DNA from: Fibrobacter sp.
Lineage (GTDB): Bacteria; Fibrobacterota; Fibrobacteria; Fibrobacterales; Fibrobacteraceae
NCBI GenBank assembly: GCA_024689485.1
Contig: JAILDK010000015.1
Coordinates: 1,921-65,920, forward strand
DNA length: 64,000 nt
Reading direction: 5' to 3'
Below are positions 58,236 through 64,000 of the stretch, piece by piece (within the stretch, counting starts at the first letter, position 1; the number at the start of each line of letters is the position of its first letter). The notes under the pieces were generated by a model. The model was not told the DNA's origin. It made no database searches and worked only from the letters and a program-made list of their open reading frames with translations. A program made the translations under genes and the position numbers.

Positions 58236-59900
58236 TTATTCCAAGGTTCCCAGTTTCTTTGACTGGGAGCCTTTTTTCGTTTTGAGTTCATAAAGGCCCG
58301 GATATCCGCGGAAGTGCACAGCGCCCTTTTCATCTGCGACGAGAGTTTCGTTCGTCGTCCAAACCTTGTGCCACAAATCGTAAACGCGCTTTCCAGCCGG
58401 CTTTTCCGTTCCGTCGGCCGCAATAAAGCCTCCGTTACCCGGAATCCAATGACGGCTGTCCCAGAAGCCCCAGAAGAGGATACCCTTGACCGCTGGGTGG
58501 CTAAAGGTCGAACGCAGGAACATTTCATACTGATTCGCCCGTTCTTCTTCCGAGAAAACAAATCCGCGGTCATACGAACCCATGTCGAATTCCGTCACCT
58601 TGATCGGGAGCCCGAGTTCCGCCAAGCGGTCCAAACGTTCCTTGATCAAAGCAGGGACAACCTTTCCGCCGTTGAAATGGCACTGTACGCCAATGCCCAT
58701 CACCGGAACCTTGCGGTCGAGCATGCCCTTGATGAGTTCGTAATAGCGTTCCGTTTCGCCCATCGCGACGACGTTGTAATCGTTCACGTAGAGCTTCGCA
58801 GTCGGATCGGCACGGTGCGCCCAGACAAAGGAACTGTCGAGAAGATCCCAGCCGCACTTGTCAAAGAGATACGTTTCGTGAATCGGTTCGTTCCAAACGT
58901 CATACTCGGTGATTCTGCCCTTGTATTCCTTCACATCGCGGTCGATGCGGTCATGAATCTTTTGGGCGATTTCCTTGCAGGAACCTTGATTGCCAAAGTG
59001 CTTGTCGTAGTCGTACTTTTGAATGCCCCAGATGAGCGTGTGCGCGCGGAAGCCCCAGTTATAAGCCTGGACAAAGTCCAAATATTTCTTCAGTTCTTCG
59101 CGGCGGACCTTTCCCTTTTTCGGTTCGTATTCCGGCCACTTGAACTGGTTTTCGGGAACTGCATACCAGAAGTACTTATTCGCGGTATTCCGGTACCAAG
59201 TTTCGAGACTGTCATTCATTTTGCCGTAGAAGGCGATTGCCGTCCCAAACGGGAACGCATGACGTTTGAGCGAAACCTGGACCGTATCACCCGGAGTAAA
59301 ACCTTCCGCCGTCAAATTCTGCTTGCGAATGGAATCGATTCGAGTCGCCGAATTCTTGTACCAGTTCACGTCAAAGCTTTCATCGACCGTTTCCACGGAG
59401 ACGTCGTCAAAGTAAACGTTACCCGTCAAATAGCCAAGCTGAAAAACCACATTGTTCACGCCGTAACCTTTTTGATCCGGCAGGAACTTCATCTTGTAGG
59501 TTTTCCATTCCGGAGTGAGCGTAAACGAAGCCGAAGTCTTTTGACGGTAATCCGGCGGACCTCCCTGCACCACGGCATTGATGGAGCCGCCCTTATCGGC
59601 TTTCGCCTTAAAGCTTAATTCGTAGAAAACTGTATCCGCCAAAAATTTAGGCGGCTGCAGTTGAAGTCCCCACCAGTCCTTCGGCTTTGCCGAGATCGAA
59701 ACGACCGCACCCTGGGAACCGTCAAAGCCGATGCCCGGCGCGCCAATCTTAGAAGTAGCGTCGGCAGGGCCATCCGGATTATTCCAAAGATACCAGCCGC
59801 CATCTCCATATTCCAGGTCTCCGTTCGTCATCTCGTTTTTAGCCGAGACATTGGCCGCCAAAGCGAATACGGTCAAAGCAAAAAGCATTTTAGGAAGCAT
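58236..59900 (-). CDS. secreted endo-1,4-beta-xylanase, GH10 catalytic domain with an N-terminal CBM4/9/22-like module
   Basis: GH10 motifs are present: FRAHTLIWG, the acid/base YDVWNEP and the nucleophile KVTEFDM. I trimmed the start to MLPKMLFALTVFALAANVSA, which follows AAGGAG. The N-terminal ~170 aa form a beta-sandwich-like module. Confidence 0.85.
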   Translation of the reverse strand: MLPKMLFALTVFALAANVSAKNEMTNGDLEYGDGGWYLWNNPDGPADATSKIGAPGIGFDGSQGAVVSISAKPKDWWGLQLQPPKFLADTVFYELSFKAKADKGGSINAVVQGGPPDYRQKTSASFTLTPEWKTYKMKFLPDQKGYGVNNVVFQLGYLTGNVYFDDVSVETVDESFDVNWYKNSATRIDSIRKQNLTAEGFTPGDTVQVSLKRHAFPFGTAIAFYGKMNDSLETWYRNTANKYFWYAVPENQFKWPEYEPKKGKVRREELKKYLDFVQAYNWGFRAHTLIWGIQKYDYDKHFGNQGSCKEIAQKIHDRIDRDVKEYKGRITEYDVWNEPIHETYLFDKCGWDLLDSSFVWAHRADPTAKLYVNDYNVVAMGETERYYELIKGMLDRKVPVMGIGVQCHFNGGKVVPALIKERLDRLAELGLPIKVTEFDMGSYDRGFVFSEEERANQYEMFLRSTFSHPAVKGILFWGFWDSRHWIPGNGGFIAADGTEKPAGKRVYDLWHKVWTTNETLVADEKGAVHFRGYPGLYELKTKKGSQSKKLGTLE

Positions 59901-60028
59901 AGGACTCCTTCGTTTAGGTTCCTTCTCAATATATATCACAGTCTTTTTTAAGGGTGATACAGCTAACACAGTTAATACAAAAGCCGACTTTCCCTTGGGA
60001 AGGCGGGATTATCTGGCCCATTTCGACC

Positions 60029-60072
60029 TTTTTCAGACTTTTTTAAACTTTTTTCACTTTTTTTCATTTTTT
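60029..60072 (+). promoter_or_regulatory. five helically phased T-tracts (putative curved DNA/UP-like element)
   Basis: T5-7 runs start at 60029, 60039, 60049, 60058 and 60067, a spacing of 9-10 bp. They lie directly upstream of the -35 box. Confidence 0.55.
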
Positions 60073-60085
60073 CTACAAAACACCC

Positions 60086-60114
60086 TTGACGCCCCTAAAA
60101 GTTCTTTATATATT
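60086..60114 (+). promoter_or_regulatory. sigma-70-like promoter (TTGACG-17 nt-TATATT)
   Basis: Near-consensus hexamers with 17-nt spacing lie about 45 nt upstream of the small ORF that precedes the tRNAs. This is a sequence-only prediction. Confidence 0.45.
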
Positions 60115-60159
60115 TGGGTCACCCAAGCGGTGATAACGCTAAACAAGGTAAAGAAAGAA

Positions 60160-60345
60160 ATGAAAAAGAACATTCTTTTAGTTGCAATCGGAACCTTGTT
60201 GATCGTGATCGGATTCATCTGCCTCGCTCAAGGCCCTGCAGAAAACCCTGTGTCACTGACTGTCGCACCGATGATCTTGGTTTTTGCTTACCTGGTTGTG
60301 ATTCCAGTCGGAATTCTCTGGGGCGGTAAAAGCCAGAAGAAATAA
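60160..60345 (+). CDS. small two-TM membrane protein (DUF3098-like)
   Basis: Size is 61 aa. The pattern MKKN..AIGTLLIVIGFICLAQGPAENP..TVAPMILVFAYLVV resembles DUF3098. I trimmed it from the track ORF 59731-60345. Confidence 0.5.
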   Translation: MKKNILLVAIGTLLIVIGFICLAQGPAENPVSLTVAPMILVFAYLVVIPVGILWGGKSQKK

Positions 60346-60420
60346 GGGCGATTAGCTCAGTTGGTTCAGAGCAGCTGCCTTACAAGCAGCGGGTCAGCGG
60401 TTCGAATCCGTTATCGCCCA
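60346..60420 (+). tRNA. tRNA-Val (anticodon TAC)
   Basis: Manual cloverleaf: acceptor GGGCGAT/ATCGCCC, D stem GCTC/GAGC, anticodon stem GCTGC/GCAGC with loop CTTACAA, T arm AGCGG-TTCGAAT-CCGTT, discriminator A. Length is 75 nt. CCA is not encoded. Confidence 0.93.
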
Positions 60421-60431
60421 GAAGATTTTCT

Positions 60432-60507
60432 GGGGTGGTAGCTCAATTTTGGTTAGAGCACCGGCCTGTCACGCCGGAGGTTGCGAGTTCAAGCCTCGTC
60501 CGTCCCG
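60432..60507 (+). tRNA. tRNA-Asp (anticodon GTC)
   Basis: Manual cloverleaf: acceptor GGGGTGG/CCGTCCC (two G-U pairs), D stem GCTC/GAGC, anticodon stem CCGGC/GCCGG with loop CTGTCAC, T arm GCGAG-TTCAAGC-CTCGT. Length is 76 nt. CCA is not encoded. Confidence 0.9.
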
Positions 60508-60510
60508 CTA

Positions 60511-60545
60511 GAAACCCTCTCTTCAACGAGAGGGTTTCTTGTTTT
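60511..60545 (+). terminator. rho-independent terminator after the tRNA pair
   Basis: The stem GAAACCCTCTC-ttcaac-GAGAGGGTTTC is followed by TTGTTTT. Confidence 0.8.
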
Positions 60546-60666
60546 AAACACTTCCCCGTTATTGTTCATCATCACAACCGGGAAGCCCCTGTCGCCTGCA
60601 TCACATCTTCTTCTAAAATTTCAGAATATCTTTGAACTTGAGATTTGAAATTTTCCAGGAGACCTG

Positions 60667-61479
60667 ATGAAAAAACTTTTTCCCCTTCTGATTGCATCGA
60701 GTGCAGCATCCTTTATCGCCTGCAGCAATTCTTCTTCGGCTAGCGATTCCGATGATTCGAGCAAAAGTTCAAACAGCGAAGCCTCTTGCGATTTCGAAGT
60801 CAACGATAATGTTTGGGAATATACAGGCACCGCGCTCGACAGCGCCGGGAACGCCGTTTCCATGACGACCACGTACAATATCGACGCCCCAGCCTATACG
60901 GTCACCGAAGTCGTCACCTCGGAAGCTAGCGAAGCCTGCAGCCTCATCAGCGACGTCACAACGCTCACGTTCAACAATACGAGCATCAAGACCGAATGCA
61001 AAGACGGCCTCCTCACCATCACCACAACCACCACAGTCGCCGAAGACGACTCGCTTGCCCTTACCACAAGCGCGAAGCGCGAATCGCTTTATAGCGCAGC
61101 CCAGACGAGCTGTAAAGAAGCTCAAAACGGCATCGGCTCGGACTCCACCGTTATCGATCTCACGGAACAGTGCACCTTTGAAGAAGACGATTCCGAATGG
61201 GAATATTTTTACACCGATGAAGACGGTAAAACGGTGATCGTCACCTACAGTTTCAGCGGCACGACCATGACGATCGCAACCAGCGCAAGCCTTGAATACG
61301 CCTCGAACGCAGCCTGCAAGGAAAACGGCGTTCAGTACGCTGGCGAATACGACCAGATTTATTGCGACAGCGCAGGAACCCTGTACCTTGTCAAATCCGA
61401 GACTGTAGAAGATACAAGCCGCAGCGACGAATACGCAGCCGCCGTGACCGCTTGCCAAGAAGCAGTCAGCACAAAGTAA
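60667..61479 (+). CDS. exported lipoprotein with an internally duplicated Cys-containing module, function unknown
   Basis: Lipobox FIACSNSSS with a Ser/Asp linker. Two similar modules are present: CDFEVNDNVWEY...YSAAQTSCKEA and CTFEEDDSEWEY...YAAAVTACQEA. Confidence 0.6.
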   Translation: MKKLFPLLIASSAASFIACSNSSSASDSDDSSKSSNSEASCDFEVNDNVWEYTGTALDSAGNAVSMTTTYNIDAPAYTVTEVVTSEASEACSLISDVTTLTFNNTSIKTECKDGLLTITTTTTVAEDDSLALTTSAKRESLYSAAQTSCKEAQNGIGSDSTVIDLTEQCTFEEDDSEWEYFYTDEDGKTVIVTYSFSGTTMTIATSASLEYASNAACKENGVQYAGEYDQIYCDSAGTLYLVKSETVEDTSRSDEYAAAVTACQEAVSTK

Positions 61480-61497
61480 TCCCATCCTCCCTAAATA

Positions 61498-61529
61498 GAA
61501 AACGCCCGGCTTTTTAGCCGGGCGTTTTT
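61498..61529. terminator. bidirectional rho-independent terminator
   Basis: AAAACGCCCGGCT-tttt-AGCCGGGCGTTTTT lies between convergent genes. Confidence 0.8.
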
Positions 61530-61553
61530 GATTCTAATCTTTTGAAGAAAAGC

Positions 61554-62723
61554 TTAGAAGTGGATCACGCGAACGCGGATCACCTTGTCGAGCTTCGTCA
61601 AAGCGTCGATGATGGAATCGTCGACAGCCGTTTCAACGTCGATCAAGTTGTAACCGATCTTGCCGTTGGACTTGTTGCTGAAGCTTGCGATGTTGATGTT
61701 TGCAGCGCCGAAGACCTTCGTGATTTCTGCGATCATGTTCGGAACGTCCTGGTTGATGACCACGACGCGGCTCTTCACTTCTGCATGCGGATAGCTGTCG
61801 AGCGGCGGGAAGTTGACCGAGTTGCGGACAACGCCGAATTCGAGGTAGTCCTTCAATTCTTCCACAGCCATAACTGCGCAGTTTTCTTCCGCTTCTTCCG
61901 TCGAAGCACCGAGGTGCGGGAAGATAGAGATCTTTTCGTGCTTCAGGGAGCGAGCGTCTGCGAAGTCGGTGAGGTAGCCAGCGAGCTTGCCTTCGTCGAG
62001 CATCTTGTAGACGGTATCCATGTTCACGATGCCACCACGTGCAAAGTTGAGGATCAAGGAGCCCTTGAATGCAGCGAGGTTCTTTTCGTTCAACATGTTT
62101 TCGGTCACGCCCTTGATGAACGGAACGTGCACGGTAAGGTAATCCGCCTGAGCGATCACTTCGTCGATCGTCTTCACAACGGTCACGACGTTCGAGAGCT
62201 TGTGCATGTTGGCAGCGCTCGGATACGGATCATAAGCGACAACCTTCATGTTCTTCCAACGAGCATAGTTGGAAACGAGAACGCCGATCTTGCCGAGGCC
62301 GACAACACCGAGGGTCTTGCCAGCGAGTTCGGTACCGGAGAACATCTTCTTGCCCTTTTCGATCGTCTTGTCGAGAGCCGGATCGTTCGGGTCGAGAGAC
62401 TTCACCCAAGCTTCTGCTTCGGAGACGTGGCGAACAGCCATGCCGAGCACGGTCATCACGAGTTCTGCAACAGCATTTGCATTAGCACCCGGCGTGTTGA
62501 ACACGCAAACACCCTTTGCGCTTGCCTTGTCGATCGTGATGTTGTTCACACCAGCACCGGCACGGGCGACAGCCAACAGACCGTCGAAAGAGTCCGTATC
62601 GACCTGTGCACTGCGAACGAGGATGGCTTCCGGGGATTCCACGGAATCAGCAACTTCGTACTTGTCACCAAAAAGGTCGAGGCCTTTCTTCGAAATGTTG
62701 TTCAGAGTTTTGATCTTACGCAT
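61554..62723 (-). CDS. serA: D-3-phosphoglycerate dehydrogenase (with C-terminal ACT domain)
   Basis: The 2-hydroxyacid dehydrogenase NAD motif is GVVGLGKIG. NFARG and HLGAST (catalytic His) are present. An ACT-like tail follows. Size is 389 aa. Confidence 0.88.
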   Translation of the reverse strand: MRKIKTLNNISKKGLDLFGDKYEVADSVESPEAILVRSAQVDTDSFDGLLAVARAGAGVNNITIDKASAKGVCVFNTPGANANAVAELVMTVLGMAVRHVSEAEAWVKSLDPNDPALDKTIEKGKKMFSGTELAGKTLGVVGLGKIGVLVSNYARWKNMKVVAYDPYPSAANMHKLSNVVTVVKTIDEVIAQADYLTVHVPFIKGVTENMLNEKNLAAFKGSLILNFARGGIVNMDTVYKMLDEGKLAGYLTDFADARSLKHEKISIFPHLGASTEEAEENCAVMAVEELKDYLEFGVVRNSVNFPPLDSYPHAEVKSRVVVINQDVPNMIAEITKVFGAANINIASFSNKSNGKIGYNLIDVETAVDDSIIDALTKLDKVIRVRVIHF

Positions 62724-62763
62724 TGTGAGTTCCTTATTATGAAGGTTCGTTAAATAAAACTTT

Positions 62764-64000
62764 TTAGCCCTCGTTGTACTTACCGCGAGAGCGGATCAGT
62801 TCTTCGAGTTCGTCCAGAGCCTTGTCTTCCGGCACATTGCGCTTGACGCAAGTCTTGCCTTCGAAAAGGTTGATGAAGCCCGGTGCGCCGCCGACGTAAC
62901 CGAAGTCCGCGTCAGCCATTTCACCTGTACCGTTCACGATACAGCCCATGACGGCGATCGAAACGTTCTGGAGCTTGCCCAGACGTTCCTGGATTTTTCC
63001 AAGCACCTGCTGGATGTTGTACAGTGTACGGCCACAGCTCGGGCAGCTGATGAATTCCGTTTTGCTGCGACGGACGCCTGCCGCCTGCAGAATGTCGAAC
63101 GCCAAGGAGACAGCAGCCATCTGGTCTGCCGGATCTTCAATCACCATGGCGTCACCGATACCGTCCGAAAGGAGGCTACCGAAATCCGCCGCAATCTTGA
63201 GCTTCTGATTGTCCGAACCGTCGATCTTCTTGTACAGAAGGATCGGATTCTTCGCATTCTTCGCTTCCATCGCAGAAACGAGTGCGCGCGTTCCATAGGC
63301 GAGATTGTCGCCCGTGTACGTCACGAGAGAGCCTGCCGGGACTTCCATGCAGCCCGCAGCAAAGGCGTTGATATCAAACATGTCCTTGAAAACGACGATA
63401 CCCTGGGAATCGAGGCCCGTAAAGGCGAATTCCGGAGTACGCGGCTTACCGGTAATGCTCACAGCGCTCACGGCTTCGCCCACGCGAACCGTTTCCTTGC
63501 CGCCGAATTTGACACCGGAGAAGCTTGTCACCGTCGATTCACGACGTTCGTAATGATACGGATCCTTTTTCCATTCCGGAACCTGGTAATGGAGTTCTTC
63601 CTTCGGAAGTTCGCAAACGCGAATGAGCTGCTGGGCAACCGGGACTTCTGCCACCGGATCTTCCGTCAGAGAAACGCGGATCGTGTCCGCAAGACCGTCG
63701 AGCAAAAGGGCTCCAATACCGACCGAGGACTTAAGACGTCCGTCTTCACCCGCACCTGCTTCCGTCACGCCGACGTGGAACGGGTACTGCTTAAAGCCTT
63801 CCTGCTTAAGTCTTGCAGCGAGCATGCGGTAAGCGCTGATCGCGACGCGCGGAGTCGAAGACTTGAGGCTCACGACAACCTGGTCAAAATGTTCCGCTTC
63901 GCAAACGGCGAGATATTCCATGGCGCTTTCGACCATGCCTTCAACGGTATCGCCGTAGCGGTAAAGCATACGGGCACCCAGAGAGCCGTGGTTCACACCG
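62764..64000 (-). CDS. ispG: 4-hydroxy-3-methylbut-2-enyl diphosphate synthase (long form with insert domain); N-terminus lies beyond the window
   Basis: The C-terminal Fe-S domain has ISCPSCGRT..., AVMGCIVNGTGE and ADFGYVGG. The TIM-barrel part has VGVTEAG. The reading frame stays open to position 64000, so the gene is 5'-truncated here. Confidence 0.88.
   Translation of the reverse strand, partial: GVNHGSLGARMLYRYGDTVEGMVESAMEYLAVCEAEHFDQVVVSLKSSTPRVAISAYRMLAARLKQEGFKQYPFHVGVTEAGAGEDGRLKSSVGIGALLLDGLADTIRVSLTEDPVAEVPVAQQLIRVCELPKEELHYQVPEWKKDPYHYERRESTVTSFSGVKFGGKETVRVGEAVSAVSITGKPRTPEFAFTGLDSQGIVVFKDMFDINAFAAGCMEVPAGSLVTYTGDNLAYGTRALVSAMEAKNAKNPILLYKKIDGSDNQKLKIAADFGSLLSDGIGDAMVIEDPADQMAAVSLAFDILQAAGVRRSKTEFISCPSCGRTLYNIQQVLGKIQERLGKLQNVSIAVMGCIVNGTGEMADADFGYVGGAPGFINLFEGKTCVKRNVPEDKALDELEELIRSRGKYNEG

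Noticed and set aside
59990-60001. Palindrome TTCCCTTGGGAA, plus the TATCAC-N15-GTGATA inverted repeat upstream of the xylanase gene
   Set aside because: These are short and could arise by chance. The 5-bp arms with a 2-nt centre cannot form a hairpin. They may be an operator, but nothing in the window supports this.

Overview
The window is a gene-dense, mostly housekeeping chromosomal segment from a diderm bacterium. GC is about 50-55% by eye. I see about 57 protein genes, 2 tRNAs and no rRNA. I found no CRISPR array, integrase, transposase, reverse transcriptase or phage module. Ser-rich lipoprotein linkers, a GH10 xylanase with a basic tail and strong codon bias fit a Fibrobacter-like organism, but this is a low-confidence inference. 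Confidently recognised genes include ddl, tsaB, rimI, nrnA, gmd, fabF, orn, lgt, panC, folK, rho, proC, nspC, tsaE, radA, folA, thyA, phoH, serA and ispG (truncated at the window end). Also present are an AGCS symporter, an ABC-F ATPase, a sigma-54 activator and a giant fused 2-hydroxyacyl-CoA-dehydratase-activase-like protein. Many neighbouring genes overlap by 1-11 nt (ATGA, TAATG, GTGA), which indicates translational coupling. ORF-track starts are often over-extended, because TTG and GTG are shown as M, so I trimmed several. I did not find a clear-cut novel defence or mobile system. The most unusual items are listed here. (1) A family of AT-rich inverted heptad-repeat elements occurs at three loci: 5963-6102, 7099-7173 and 44309-44503. 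(2) One minus-strand operon combines an outer-membrane barrel, two tandem MFS-acyltransferase-acyl-ACP-synthetase (LplT-Aas-like) fusions and a membrane protein with a pilin-like domain. (3) A FecCD/ABC importer operon has no canonical binding protein but includes a TraB/GumN-family exported protein and an unknown secreted protein. (4) Rho carries an N-terminal extension of roughly 210-240 aa with an AT-hook-like motif and an Asn/Gly-rich tract. (5) A promoter preceded by phased T-tracts drives a small membrane ORF whose stop codon abuts tRNA-Val. The very long antisense ORFs (up to 1530 aa) are codon-bias artefacts, not genes.
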